Of a stretch of DNA of 64,000 bases, positions 26,594 through 41,860 are shown piece by piece. The first letter of the stretch is position 1; every line of letters begins with the position of its first letter. Source of the DNA: Eledone cirrhosa (Eukaryota); contig OZ024743.1 in assembly GCA_964016885.1 (NCBI GenBank), forward strand, positions 179,118,001 to 179,182,000, in the 5' to 3' direction. The translations under genes were made by a program, and so were the position numbers. Under the pieces are notes generated by a model. The model saw only the letters and a list, made by a program, of their open reading frames with translations, made no database searches and was not told the origin of the DNA.

Positions 26594-26598
<5 letters not shown>
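26432..26598 (+). mobile_element. Terminal-repeat fragment of PLE family A between (TA)n tracts
   Basis: Matches the reverse complement of about 38165-38310 (GTATTCGTCTTATTCGGGAAACC..GGTAATGAGGTAATTATA..TTTCAATTTTCAACGGAAACTTCAATAC). Confidence 0.7.
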
Positions 26599-26674
<76 letters not shown>

Positions 26675-26893
26675 TATACAGTTCAAGAGTAACCAATCTT
26701 AAAGAGAGAGATGGAGATACTTACTTTAGTTTTCAGCAAACAGGGGAGATAATTCTAATATATATATATATATTAGAATTATCTCCCCTGTTTGCTGAAA
26801 ACTAAAGTAAGTGAGACTGTCACTACTCTAAAACAATAGCATAAGGTCTTCGAAATGCTTTTAATTAAGCATACAGTGTATTGCAGAATACAC

Positions 26894-26961
<68 letters not shown>

Positions 26962-28845
26962 ATCAAAAGATGGTTAAAAGAGCTCCATGTATTTTATTAT
27001 GCGCATTTCAAAAACAAATATCATCATGGGATGTTATTTGCGTTCTCATCAGATAAAATAGGGAGACATGATATGAAGCTTAAAAAACACTTCCGTGCAG
27101 TGAAGTGTTAAATCAACATATGAAAAATAAAGTAAGATGGATATATGAGATTGGGAAAAAAAGGCGGGTGGAAGGAAAAGATAAGGAAGAGGAAGAAAGA
27201 AAATAAAGGATGATGGGTGAGGAGTATAAAAAGGAAGGATGAGAAATGAGAGAGAGAGAGATAGCCTTTAATACTGAGAAACACTGTCTCACAGAGAGAA
27301 ATTAAACGAACCGTTGTAAGATAATACATAATTTAAAAAAATGTTGAAATTAAAAGTTAATGAGGTTTATGAATGGTGATGTTTATGATTAAAGAAAACG
27401 GAATTAAGAGAGGTATTTATTTAAGGTTTATATATTGAAGGGTTTAATAATATGTGCGAAAAAAGAATTTATTAATATGTATTATTAAAATTAAAATATG
27501 AAGGAAATAAGGTGAAAGAAGAAGAGATTAAATGAATTATGAACTATGAGGAATTAGTTAGGGTTTAAGTTTGTTTTTATGTATTGTAATTTGAAAAATT
27601 AAATAATAGGTTTAATACGAGCACGGAAGGAGAGAAGAAAGAAGAAAATTTAAGGAAGAAAATTTAAGGAAGAATAAATCTAACGTAAAAAAATATATAT
27701 ATGTTTACAAAATTTACTAATGGTAATATTAGTATATGTTAAAGATATAGTTTGTATGGCCAAGAATATAAGGAAAATGCTATATGAATTAAGAAGTAAT
27801 TGAGAAGTAAAAGTTACAGATTAAAGAAGAAGAAAGTAAAAACCATAAAAAAGAAGAAAAATAGGGGACCGCTAACGACATTAAATGAGTAAATTGTATA
27901 ATATAATATACTGAAATAAGGTAGAAAGATGGGTATATTTGTAAAAGATATAAAAGTGTTTGAGAAAAGAAGATTTTAAACTAATTAGGTAGTGAGATAT
28001 TAGCTGTATACTTTATGGAAAGTTCTATGGGATTTATGCTGTTTTATCGATATTGAAAGGAAGGAAATCAAATTTGACCTCGATGGAAAAATCAACTCAC
28101 ATTTATAAAACAAAAAGCAAAACACATATCACAAAATATTTTGCCCATTGATCTTCGAACGAATCTGCTAATCGATTGACCTCTTGCAATACGGGATCAA
28201 CTAACGGAAGTAGAAACAGCATAAGTGAATGAATAAGAGGTTCGCTTTGCATTCATTTAGTCCACGTTTCGACCAGACAGTGGGTATTCTTGAATAAGCT
28301 TCATTGACAATCACTCGAATCTTCCCATGTTTTATGAGTGCAATAGGGTAAACGGAAATTAGGAAGGCTGTCGGATGGACCGTACCTGTAATTCAAAGAA
28401 CCAGCTTTCTCACACATTGTGTCATGCTGAATCTCCCTGAGAATAAACTTAGAATAACACGTGTCTCAGGAATACTCAGTCAAGTACACGGTAATGTCAT
28501 GAGTTGGCTTTTCTGTTCTTATGGGATTTGAAGAATATTATTATCCAATGTGACCATTCTTTTGTTCAAGAAGGTAAAGTTTGAATATATAGATGGTCTT
28601 TCTCTTATTTCTAGCATGTAAAATAACTATATAGAGGGTCTCTCTCATTGACTATCTCATAACCTTTTTATTGTTGCTAAGCTAATAAGTAATCAGCTAG
28701 GTCGAACTTACTACCTATCGGCTGTTAGATGTATTTAGTGCAAGTCTAATTATGTTTGTTTTATAAATATAATTATATGTGTGCATATATATATATACAT
28801 GTGTATAAATATATATGTATACATATATATATAGAGAGAGATATG

Positions 28846-28947
<102 letters not shown>

Positions 28948-29176
28948 ATTATCTATTCAATTATGCATTATTACTGAATTATATATTGTATACAATTATG
29001 GAATACATAGACCAATTAACGTCATCAGCAATGGCAACAATAATATTTTAGACACCATTATTGGAGAGTCGTTTTTCAGTGCTAGAAGTAACATTAGTAA
29101 CACTCAACCTACTACAACCTGTTGTAAATTTCTGGTGAACAATTATCATCATCATCATCGTTATATATAAATATAT

Positions 29177-30889
29177 CTCTCTATATACAATTCTTTGTCT
29201 CTCTGTCTGCGTGTCGGTTTCCTTATGCGTTCTCAAATGGCTCGACGAATCATATCAAATTTTACAAGGTAATAAATAGTATTATACCCCGTGATTAACA
29301 ATATGTAATTTTTATTTTCATTTAGATTAAAACAATATAACATTTCATCTAAAATATTTTTATATAGACACCTATACTACGCCGGCGACGACGACGACGA
29401 CGCCGTCCCATTTTGTATATGAGTGTGTATGTGTTTGTGAGTATACGTTAGGCCTTAGTAAGTTACATACATCTTCACGTAAATATTTAATCAGATACAC
29501 AGAGATTTAAACAAACACACATACCTTCACATGTGATGACTGACAAGTATATGTCTGTGAGCTTATGTGAGAGTGTATGTGTGTGTGAGTGTATGTGAGA
29601 GTGCATGTGTGTGTGAGTGTATGTGAGAGTGTATATGTGTGTGAGTATACTTACATTTCAGTGACGACTGAAATAACAAACGCTGGGGAGTGGAACTGTG
29701 TGTGTTTCTGTGTGTTGAATGTATGCGTTTTTTCTGTGTGTTTTTTATAGGTTTGTGTGAATTTATGTATCTGTTATGGGTGAAACTCTGTGTGTGTTTG
29801 TATGAATAGATGTCTGTGTGTGTCTTTTATAAGTGTATGTTTATGTGAGTTTATGTGAGTTTATGTGTGTGTCTGTTCGTTAAATTATCAGTTTATACAT
29901 TTGCTTATATTTGGTTAACTTACACTGCATACAAAAATAATAATTAATATATACTAGCAGAAAAACCACTGTCGTGTGGTTTTCTGCTAGCATGTGTATT
30001 GATATTATACACAAATATATATGCATGTAGATATGATACATCAAATAAAATCGTAATTGACAATATACACAGAAATTGACGAAGTCTATGTTACACTGTC
30101 TTCTGTAATCAGCAACGTAATCCATGATACATTTTAAAAGAGACGATATTATATATAAACTGCATTAGAAGAAAATTAGCGACGGAAATATATGCGGAAT
30201 TGTTGACACTTGAACATTTTAAAGAAGTAAATCTTTAAATAAGCTATAAAATATATCTAATCAACAGCCACGAAATTCAGCACATAAATTATGTAATATT
30301 CATTCATTATTTATTCAAAGTAATCCAACTTATTTTACAAACGGGGTAAAAAAATATATTCTGGACGCAGTCCCGCACTCCTTTCTTTATTATAGCTAAC
30401 ATTTCTTTTGATGTTGATACTTATTTGTTTACAATATTGAAAAAAATGTCTTCATTCAAACATTTCCTTTCATACATACAGCTGTTTCTTGGGAATTTAA
30501 GAGGCTTCAGTTTCCAGTCAAATTAAGTTTTGTTATTCCAATTAACAAATCTCAGGTTCAATCCGCCAAAGTAGTTGAACTTGATCTCTCTACTTCATGT
30601 TTCTCCCTCGGTCAATTCTATGTTAGTTGGTCACGATTTGGAAGCAACAACAATTTATTCATTTGGACACCAACAACAAATTACACAATGACTATTGTTT
30701 ACCCTGAGGTGCTTCAAGTTTGACAGATTTTCATTTCTAAATTCTATTATCATTACAATCTTGATATTTAAAAAAATAAAATATAGATATTTTGAAATAA
30801 TTATAAGAAAAAATATATCTTCGTATTTATTGTTTACTAATCTGAATAAGAACAGCAGTCACCCGGACAACGCCAGGTCATTCAGCTAG
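29177..30889 (+). mobile_element. Internally deleted Helitron remnant
   Basis: PIF1-helicase C-terminus at 30493-30723. The 3' end CCCGGACAACGCCAGG..CTAG|T is a subterminal hairpin plus CTAG. The TC-starting 5' end near 29177 is tentative. Confidence 0.7.
30493..30723 (+). pseudogene. Helitron RepHel PIF1-type helicase C-terminal fragment
   Basis: Manual translation: EFKRLQFPVKLSFVIPINKSQVQSAKVVELDLSTSCFSLGQFYVSWSRFG..TIVYPEVLQV*. This matches the QFP..FA.TINKSQGQS..FSHGQLYVA.SR motif and is absent from the ORF track. Confidence 0.85.
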
Positions 30890-30901
30890 TTTATATATAT
30901 A

Positions 30902-30972
<71 letters not shown>

Positions 30973-31174
30973 CATATTTATTTATTTAATATATAAATAG
31001 CTCTACAGGATTAGAACTGTTTCAGTCGAAGGAAATTATCAGGAAAGATTTCCTTATGATTTACTTCGAATGAAACAGTTCTAGTCCTTTAGAAGCCATT
31101 TCTATATTAAACATTTATACTCTGCTATGTATTGAGTACTTTACTTACTGTGGTTACCCCGGATTAAACCCGGG

Positions 31175-31228
<54 letters not shown>

Positions 31229-32002
31229 GTATACATGTGAGTGTGTGTGTGTGTATGTGCTCGTACAGAGTAGCAACAGGAAACCTTCAAAAACAAACTT
31301 GTCCTCCCTGGATAGCGAGCAGTAACATTTAATTAAATGTTAATCAAGCCTGAATTAACACAGTACTGGATGCTGGAAGGAACAGAGAGCTGAACATATG
31401 TTGGAAATCTTTTAGATATACCTGATGACACCCAGATATTCTGCTCCAGTGTTATGTATGTATGATAGAAATGTATATGAAAGCTTATATGATATAGTTT
31501 TGTACGTCGTATACATAGAAATGTAGCTTTGAGTGTTTTAAATGTGCAAATGACAGCTATCTCAGTAGCCGTATTAGTACGACAGACACTAGTGTTTCCG
31601 CATGTTTAAACCATCACCAGTGATGGTTGCTCACTTGATACTGCGAGAATGATGATTAATAAATTATTATATTTTCATTAACGATGCTGATGATGGATTA
31701 AAACATTCTGAATCACTATTGTCTAGTCTCCTTACACTGGATCTGATATAGTTGTGACATGATCACTGATTAAAATAATCATTGCAAGGCTTGTATATGT
31801 TTAATATGCATGTCTGTTCTGAACAGCGCTATGTTAGTGCTACTTCTAATATGTATCTATTCTTCTTCAGACACGCAGTTACACGGTTTAGAATTGGACT
31901 GCCATAGCAATGTACTCAAAGCTCCCTAGTTTCACATACGCCTATAACCAGGACAGGAGACAATGAACAATTTCTTTACCGTCTCCCTTTTCCTGTGTGA
32001 AG

Positions 32003-32230
32003 GGGCACGGCTCACTGGTCAGGGAGCTTGGTGTAAGATTGTTATGTCGTCAGTTCAATTTCTGGCCAGGTTGCTGCGTTATGTTCTTGAGTAAAACACT
32101 TTATTTCACGTTGCTCCTCTGAGAGTCAGCACTAGCAGAAGCTAGGAAGTTAATCCTGCGATAGATGGGCATCGTATCCAAGGATAGTCCTGTTCTTAGT
32201 TGCTTAAGGCCAAGGAAAGCGGGGATAACC
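32003..32230 (+). mobile_element. Second SINE family, degenerate
   Basis: Homologous to 23172-23290. Confidence 0.5.
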
Positions 32231-33121
32231 ACCAAGCTAATTAACGTTCGGCTTAGAACAGACTTAAATCCCCTTTTCCTACAACCTCTTGCAACAATTT
32301 CTACTTGTGTGCTTTTAAGTGTATGCAGAGTTTCAAATACATTTGAAAACATGCGTTCATATGTTTGCGTATGAATATACACATACACACATATGTCCAC
32401 ATTTATATCTAGCCAACTTGTCACCCACTCTCTGTGTTGGTTAGTTTACGCTTGCGTTCACACTCACACTTTTACAATCTCAACAACATTCCGCTTTGTC
32501 ACGGTCTAACGCATATACACTCACAGCTTTGAACAGACAACCAAAGCAACACGTACACTATCCTCTGTAGATGAACAACCTTAAGTTAAACGTTGCAGAT
32601 GATAAACAACTAGAAGTACTATAAGAGACAGTGCAGGAACAAACCAGAGAAATTGATATAAAATTCAGATAAGAAAACATACGTGCAGGCAACCTTAAAG
32701 AGAAGAAAATTAATTAAGAATATTAATATTCTGTGAGATAAAGAAACTAAGATAAGAGAAATACAACAAACACAGACATACAACTAGTTGGAAAGCAATG
32801 AAATATATTGGGTACAACACATACGAATGATAGAACATAGGAGGAAATATTGTAGACACATTCAGTTAATACTTAAAACAACTAAATGCAGAATATGAAG
32901 TGATTGTCATCAACAGAGTGATTTCTCTAGCTACTCTGTACATCAGCCACAAAAAAGTGTTATGTTAGGCGTACAAATTGGGTTGTTTGTGCTGAATACG
33001 GAAGCAGGTGTTTATTTGGCTTCATTTTGGGGTAAGCTATATTCAATGCTTCCTCGGAGCAAATTCAACGGATGAATAAATAATATAATATATGAATATT
33101 GATAACTCTAAGTAAAGATTA

Positions 33122-33181
<60 letters not shown>

Positions 33182-33716
33182 CTCGATAGGGTATAGTCGT
33201 TGGCGTATTTCAATCAGTCTGCCACCGAATCTAGCAACAAACGGCCAAGTAGATTCTTTTCCGACAAACCACAGAAGTTTCTTCGGAATCCTCTGACGAT
33301 GGATGTAAAATCCGTTTATATATGTTTATATATATATATATATAAACATATATAAACGGAAAAAATGAAACGAAATTTCGTTTCCCAACTCTTAGTACGG
33401 CTGTTTCTTAAATATAAGTATGTACACGTACATACATATATGTATACAGACGCACAGTAGTATGTATATATATATATATATATACATACATGCACACATA
33501 TATATATGTACGTATGGATTCACCGAACATTTATTATAATGCTCGGTGTGTTTGTAAACAAACATCCCGTATTAAGCCGTAGTGTCCAGCAACCATCGTT
33601 GCTCGTTTGTTCAACACTGACAAAGGACCGCTGTACTAGTTTCAAGCTTATTAGCTATCGTCAGCAACGTATACCTTCCTGCCAGACTGTTGAACGTATA
33701 TATATATATATATATA

Positions 33717-33813
<97 letters not shown>

Positions 33814-34157
33814 TAAAAGTGCAAATTAATTGCGTCCGCAGGCGGTATGGCGTATGAGCATTCGATTTTCTTGGGGAGCAGAGTATCAATACTATTAATA
33901 TATAAGGGAACAAATCAGTGTTGCATCATATACATATTTAGTTACATATTACATATGTTTCACTATCGATTAGATCCAGGAAAGGTTTATTAATGAGGAG
34001 CTTCTGATTCCAAAGTCAGGTTAGATCATTAATAGATAATTTTTCGAGCTGAGTGACAAAGAAACATATGTAATTTGTAATTAAATATGTATATGATGCA
34101 ACACTGATTCTTTGTTCCCTTATATATTAATATTACACACACACACACACACATACA

Positions 34158-34229
<72 letters not shown>

Positions 34230-34460
34230 ATAGAAAAAACGAGGAAATTTCGTTTACGTATGAAAAGTATTTATTGCGTATCAACCTGACTGTTACGCAC
34301 GTTCCGCAGAGGATTGGCTCAAGGTGATCCATAGGAGTTATGGTCGATACGAAATAAAAATTTTTCATACATAAACGAAACGTCCTCTTTTTTTTCTATT
34401 ATATACACTCTGCCTGCGCATAGATTGCTTGATTTGGTACCAACACCAGTATTTCAGCTA

Positions 34461-34560
<100 letters not shown>

Positions 34561-34587
34561 ATATATATGTATATATATATATATATA

Positions 34588-35382
34588 ATGTATAATAAAC
34601 AATACAATATAATTACCTCATTACCAGAGGTTTCCCGAATAAGACGAATACGAAAAACGTCCTCATTCGTTCGTCGGACAAGGCAATTTAAAAAATAGTG
34701 AAATATTTGAAAAGTCTCCTCAAGAAATGCAAGAATTTAACGGGCAAAAAATATATAAATAAAAGTAATGCAAGAGATATATAAAAAAAATAAGGAAATA
34801 TAGTTAGGGTATGTGTATATGTATGTATATACACTCACAAATGTACATATGTGTGTATGTACAAATGCATGTGTATGGTGAAAATGTATGCGTAAGTACA
34901 TATATGAGGGCAAGTATATTTGTGTATATGTGACCACAAATACGTATATAATATGAGTTGAAAATTAAATTGTAAGATAATATAGTTAACACGCATCCAG
35001 ATACAGGTATTAAATATATATACGAGTATGAAAGCACGCGTATAACACACACACGCACGCGGTCACTTATATGCGGAAGATAAAGAGGGAAGGGATTGTA
35101 ATAGCAAAAAGAAATGTCATTCTCGATATATATATAAAAAAGAAACAATATATGAGAATGAAAAAAATGTTTAAATCAAATAGAAAGTAATCAATTAACA
35201 ATAGAGAAAAGAAAACAAACATAGGTACGCACGTACACACACATATATATATATATAAATATTTATACACACAAATACGTACAGACAGAAGCGCATGCAT
35301 GCGTACATACATACACACGAGGCACGTATATATATATATATATATCGCCACATGTATATCTAATCACACGTACGTACGCGAC

Positions 35383-35414
<32 letters not shown>

Positions 35415-38242
35415 TACATACACACCCATACATACATATACATATACACACATATACATACACATACATTCACCCGCATACACACATACGTATACATAAG
35501 TATCTAAAAAACATAGATAAAAAAACATAGATATATAAAAAAACAGATATAAAAACACCCATACACACACATATATATACGTACGCACACACACATACGG
35601 AGGCGTTCGTATACATTTACAGAACGTGTACACACATAAGCACACTCACACACATAGATAGAGATTATAAACCAGCCGTATAAATAAATGAGTACAACTA
35701 TAAAATCGGCTGCGAAACAACAGAATATATCTGGGGTGGAAAACGCAAGTGACAGGTGATATCGGGTAGTAAAAGAAAATGGGGAAGTAAAATGTGGAAT
35801 GTGAAGATATTAGGTCAGTAAATAGAAAAGTAGGCGTGGTGTTACTGGTGGATGTGAATCAAAAATAAAAATAAAATTAAAAATAAAGTTAAAAATGAAA
35901 GTAAATCAGAAAGAGAAGTCTGTAAAGATGATAATTTAAGGAAAGTGAAGAATAAGAGTTTATGGAGGATAAGTATCTGAAAGTGAGTTAAGTTTATATG
36001 AGCTGGAAAGCAAGTGTGATTTCATGTGTGGGCAACTGGTGAAAATTTCTGTTTTTGTATTTAGGCAGGTTTTTGGTGATTTAAGGTTCTGTAAAATCCA
36101 ACACTTTTCACTTATGCAGAGTGTACATCTTCTTGTTCCTCTTGCATATTCTTTAGATTGGTTCAAAATTGCTAGCCAGAGCTGTTGTGAATATTTTTTC
36201 TGGATGTCGGAAAGATGCGACTTGTGAGTAATAACGCGTTTTGAATTTATCTTGTGTCATACCCACATATCGTTCGCTGGTGGCTGGTTGGTTGTTGCTG
36301 ATGGTTGTAACTTTAGCCGCATATACAGTGGCTTTGGTGTTGCATTTACCTTGTAATGGGCATTCACTTTTGATTCTACAGGAGCAATTCTGATGTTCTC
36401 TGGGTGATTTCTTATTGATGATATAAGATTTAACAGGGGGACCACAAGAGTAGCTAATTTTGACACAGTTTCTATTGAAGATCTTATAGTATCTATGTGT
36501 TCTAGGGAAATCTTTATCTAAGAGCTCTAGGAATGTTTTGCCTATATTAGTTTTAACTGCTAGAGAGTAGGGGGTGTGAACCGGATTATTTTTCTTTTCC
36601 TATTATTATGTTTAAAAGAGTTAGTATTGTTGGGTATGTACTTAATCGGTTCACTAAAACCGCTATTTTGAAGAGCTTTATTATAGTAGGGGGAAGCCTT
36701 ATTGAAAATAGCTTCTGAGGAAGAGAGGATGGAGATCCTACGGCTAATATTAGGGATAAGGTTTTTAAAAAAACTATAGGAGGATGGGAAGAGCCTTTAT
36801 TTATATATTTTACATTTTCATTAGGTTTATGGTATTGTTTATAAGAAGCAGTAGGCAGATCTAGGTTTATATCGAGAAAATTAACATTGGAAAGGTTAGT
36901 GTCAATAGTAATTTTAAGATTAAAACTAGGGAAGGTTTTTATTAAGTCTTTCCTTAATCTATCTAAGTTATGGCCTATGTGGTATGGGAAAGTATTAGAC
37001 CATCGTCGCGATAAAGCCCAAAAATATGGTTCGGGATTTTTTCTTTAAGTGTGTGTAGGAGGAATAGGCCGACTAAATCACAAACATCAGTACTGTCAAA
37101 AGAGCCCATTGAGATATCGAATGGGTTCTCTGGGTTAGATATTTTTACCCAAGTGTCATTATCAGTAAAGAGTAGAGTGTTTCTAGCATGCAAGATGACA
37201 TTCTCTTCAATATCAGAGATATTGGTAAACTTTCTAGCGAAATTTAAGGCTTTCGCTAAAAGAGTCAGTGATAGACGGGTAGAAATCTACAATGTCAAAT
37301 TGGGTGAATCTAGAACTATTTTTATCTTTAATATTATTAAACCAATGTACTACGGAAGAGCTATTTATCCATTGGAATAATTCAGACTTACTTCTAATCT
37401 GTGTGTTTATATTATTTTAAATGTTTTTGCTGGCAAGACCGATATCAGTCTCAGCAGGGTTGATTAATCTACAACTAGGACGATTATTAAAGTCAGGTTT
37501 GTGATCTTTAAGTGTGACATATACATTACGTTTAGCAAGTTTTTCTGTCCTATTATCTATTTTTAAAGAACTAGCTAGTTCTTTAGCTTCCTTATTTATA
37601 TTATTATACGTGTTTATATTAGCTATTTGGTATTTAGAGGTGATGTAATCTATTAAGAGTTGGTCATGTAAATTATTATTAACTTCGTATAAGTTTTTAG
37701 TTTTGTCGGAGAAAATGAACTTAATTTTGGAAGATTTGAATATTGAAATATCATTAGATAGTTTAGATTGAAAAGGGTTAGAGTACTTACGAAAATTGAT
37801 ATTGTTGATTAGATTAACTAAGTCTAGTTCAAAAGCGGTCATATCTTTTACTCTTTGCGGGTATTTATGAGTTTTGATATCAAAATGTTCCGTAGATTCC
37901 GTGTTAAAGTGTCCATCGAGAATCAAAGCTTTCCATCACATTCTTTTAACAATTTTCTCTACTTTATCTATCAACATTTTCGTGTAGGAAGTGTTAGAAG
38001 GTGTTGGGATATTCTTGATAGAGTAATCCAAAGGATATTTATCCATGTTCAGTATTGGTTTAAAATCCTATTGACTGAAGAGTGCTCGACTTTAAAAGGG
38101 CAGGAAGGTGCCAATCTCATAAAAATGTAGAATAGGATACGATCATTCCATTGGGAGCTGTATAAGTATTGAAGTTTCCGTTGAAAATTGAAAAAGTCAT
38201 TGGAGTGAAGAGTGCTCTATGTAAGTACCAGAGCAAAATGTA
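34588..38242 (-). mobile_element. Penelope-like element family A, apparently full length but degenerate
   Basis: Interrupted ORF from ATG at 38046 (MDKYPLDYSIKNIPTP..KRM*WKA) through KDHK..RLINP, MGSFDSTDVCDLVGL, YRDDGL and GIY-YIG (CTLCISEK..LNTKTE..CPH) to the stop at 35960. It has a long 3' UTR and ends at (TA)n. The motifs resemble Naiad-type PLEs (clade call is inference). Confidence 0.85.
34613..34686 (-). ncRNA. Hammerhead-like motif in the PLE-A terminal repeat (CCGACGA core)
   Basis: UUGCCUUGU-CCGACGA-A-[CGAAUGAGGACG..CGUCUUAUUCG]-G-GAAAC-CUCUG-GUA|AUGAGGUAA, with a 9-bp stem I. A second copy lies at 38268-38341. Confidence 0.6.
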
Positions 38243-38968
38243 ATGTATAATAAACAATACAATATAATTACCTCATTACCAGATGTTTCCCGATTAAGAC
38301 GAATACGAAAAACGCCCTCGTTCGTTCGTCGGACGAGGCAATTTAAAACATAGTGAAATATTTGAAAAGTCTCCTCAAGAAATGCAAGGATTTAACGGGC
38401 AAAAAATATATAAATAAAAGTAATGCAAGAGATATATTAAAAAATAAGGAAATATAGTTAGGGTATGTGTATATGTATGTACATATGTGTGTATGTACAA
38501 ATGTACATATGTGTGTATGTACAAATGCATGTGTACAAATGCATATATGAGGGCAAGTATATTTGTGTATATGTGACCACAAATACGTATATAATATGAG
38601 TTGAAAAAGAAATTGTAAGATAATATAGTTAACACGTATCCAGATACAGGTATTAAATGCAAATACGAGTATGAAAGCACGCTTATAAACACACACACAT
38701 GCGCGGTCACTTATATGCGGAAGATAAAGAGGGAAGGGATTTGTAATAGTAAAAAGAAGTGTCATTCTCGATATATGTATAAAAAAGAAACATATTTAAG
38801 AATGATAAAATGTTTAAATCAAAGAGAAAGTAATCAATTAACACTAGAGAAAAGAAAACAAACATAGGTACGCACGTACACACACATATATATATATGTA
38901 AATATTTATACACACAAATACGTACAGACAAATGCGCATGCATGCGTACATACATACACACGAGGCAC

Positions 38969-39002
<34 letters not shown>

Positions 39003-40782
39003 CCACATGTATATCTAATCACACGTATCTACGCGACTATATATATATATATATACATATATACATAGACATACACATACATTCACCCGCATACACACAT
39101 ACGTATAAATAAGTATGTAAAAAACAGATATAAAAAAACATAGATATAAAAACGCACATACACACACATATATATACGTACGCACGCACACATATGGAGG
39201 CGATCGTATACATATACAGAACGTATACACACATAAGCACACTCAGACACTTAGATACAGATTATAAACCAGCCGTATGAATAAATGAGTACAACTATAA
39301 AATCGGCTGCGAAACAACAGAATATATCTGGATGAAAAACGCAAGTGACAAGAGATATCAAGTAGTATAAGAAAATGGGGAAGTAAAATGTGGAATGTGA
39401 AGATATTAGGTAAGTGAATTGAAAAGTAGGGGGGGTTACTAGTGGATGTAAAGTAAAAATAAAAATAAAAATAAAAATAAAAATAAAAATAAAAATAAAA
39501 ATAAAAATAAAAATAAAAATAAAAATAAAAATAAAAATAAAAATAAAAATAAAAATAAAAATAAAAATAAAATTAAAAATAAAAATAAAAATAAAAATAA
39601 AAATAAAAATAAAAATAAAAATAAAATTAAAAATAATTTTAAAAATGAAAGTAAATTAGAAAGAGAAATCTGTTAAGAGGATAATTTAAGGAAAGTGAAC
39701 AATAAGAGTTTATGGAGGATAAATATCTGAAAGTGAGTTAAGTTTATATGAGCTGGAAAACAAGTGTGATTTCATGCGTGGGCAACTGGTGAACATTTCT
39801 GTTTTTGTATTTAGGCAGGTTTTTGGTGATTTAAGGTTCTGTAAAATCCAATATTTTTCACTTATGCAGGGTGTGCATCCTTTTGTTCCTCTTGTATATT
39901 CTTTAGATTGGTTAAAAATTTACCAATCCAATTTATATTGGATACCTTGGTCTTTGAAATCCCATATTCTGCTAGCCAGAGCTGTTGTGAATCTTTTTTC
40001 TGGATGTCGGAAAGATGCGACATGTGAGTAATGACGCGTTTTGATTTTCTCTTGTGTCATACCCACATATCGTTCGCTGGTGACTGGCTGGTTGTTGCTG
40101 ATGGTTGTCACTTTAGCCGCATATACAATGGCTTTGGTGTTGCATTTACCTTGTAATGGGCATTCACTTTTGACTCTACAGGAGCAATTTTGATGTTTTC
40201 TGGGTGATTTCTTATTGATGATATAAGATTTAATAGGGGGACCGCAGGAGTAGCTAATTTTGACACAGTTTCTATTGAAGATCTTATAGTATCTATGTGT
40301 TCTAGGGAAATGTTTATCTAAGAGGTCTAGCAATTTTTTGCCTACATTAGTTTTAACTGCTAGAGAGTAGGGGTGTGTGAACCGGATTATTTTTCTTTTC
40401 CTATTATTATGTTTAAAAGAGTTAGTATTGTTGGGTATGTACTTAAACGGTTCACTAAAACCGCTACTTTGATGGGCTTATTATAGTAGGGGGATGCCTT
40501 ATTGAAAATAGCTTCTGAGGAAGAGAGGATGGAGATCCTACGGCTAATATTAGGGATAAGGTTTTTAAAAACTATAGGAGGATGGCAAGAGCCTTTATTT
40601 ATATATTTTAAATTTTCATTAGGTTTATGGTATTGTTTATAAGAAGCAGTAGGCAGATCTAGGTTTATATCTAGAAAATTAACATTGGAAAGGTTAGTGT
40701 CAATAGTAATTTTAAGATTAAAAATAGCAAAGGTTTTTATTAAGTCTTTCCTTAATCTATCTAAGATATGGCCTATGGTGGT
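38243..40782 (-). mobile_element. PLE family A upstream tandem partial copy (pseudo-LTR arrangement)
   Basis: Homologous to 34588-36975. ORF 39920-40333 has KHFP..KIFNRN..SYSC, CSCR..CPL.G.C, IVY..YVG. Contains an expanded (TAAAAA)n at about 39453-39635. Confidence 0.85.
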
Positions 40783-40887
40783 AGAAGATCCCGTAAAGGG
40801 CGAAAGCAGCGATTGTTTGCTTAAACTTTAATCTGTTATTTTAATAAATATATATATATATATATACATACATATATATATATATAC

Positions 40888-40994
<107 letters not shown>

Positions 40995-41081
40995 GTAAAA
41001 AATTGAACGGGAACAAAACAGAGAGGCAGTACGAACAAAGGTTTATTAGTTTCACACTCTTGAGAGTGGGGTGGTGGTGGG

Positions 41082-41118
41082 GAACGACGTTTCGGGCATA
41101 AGCCCTTCTTCAGGTGAA
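41082..41118 (-). ncRNA. Minimal PLE-type hammerhead motif
   Basis: CUGAAGA-A-GGGC-UUAU-GCCC-GAAACGUCGUU within a (TA)n-flanked fragment at about 40995-41755. Stem I is poor. Confidence 0.55.
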
Positions 41119-41750
41119 AAGTGTGTGGGAAGAGAGTTCCAGGGGTGTGAGTGGAGTGGTGGAGAGACATATAGAAAAAAGTGGGTGAGAATAAACGGTA
41201 CAAATGAAATTAAATATAAAGGCATAATCGAAATAAAATTAAAAATACACATGGAGTAAAACAGGTGGTGGAAGCGTGTGGGGCGTGTAGGGGTGGTGGC
41301 GGGTGGAGTGGGGAGAGGGGGACGGTGTGACCGAGCGGGGAGGGCTGAAGGTGGTGTGTGTGTGTAGGTGTACGTGTGTGTGTGTGTGTATGTGAAAGTA
41401 AGAGTTGGGGGAAGAACGGAGTTACATGTTCAGGAAGAGGTGTATGTGGGGTGGGGTGTAGGTCGGAGTGTGTGTGCGTGTGTAGATAGAGGGGTTGGGG
41501 GAGAGGATTCCGGAGGCTGAATGTGTAAATATGTGGTGGTACGCACGTGTGTGTGTGGTGTTTATGCGTGTTGTGGATGTAGCTGGCGTGTGGGCAAAAA
41601 AATGTTTTTAGGTCTATGTCCGAGGGTGAGTCATTAAGGTAATTCCGTAAAAGGATGTGGTGGAAAGCTGAGTAATATCCTTGGGATGTGGTGGATTCTC
41701 GGGATCAAGGTTTACATATGTGTAATCCGTGAAGAGATTGGTCGGAAGAG

Positions 41751-41813
<63 letters not shown>

Positions 41814-41826
41814 ATATATATATATG

Positions 41827-41859
<33 letters not shown>

Positions 41860-41860
<1 letters not shown>

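Noticed and set aside
27110-28040. AT- and purine-rich stretch as a gene or element
   Set aside because: No ORF, motif or repeat structure that I can support.
33290-33315. CTGACGA-TGGAT-GTAAA-ATCC hammerhead 5' half
   Set aside because: It is truncated before GAAA by a TA-rich palindrome and cannot form a ribozyme.
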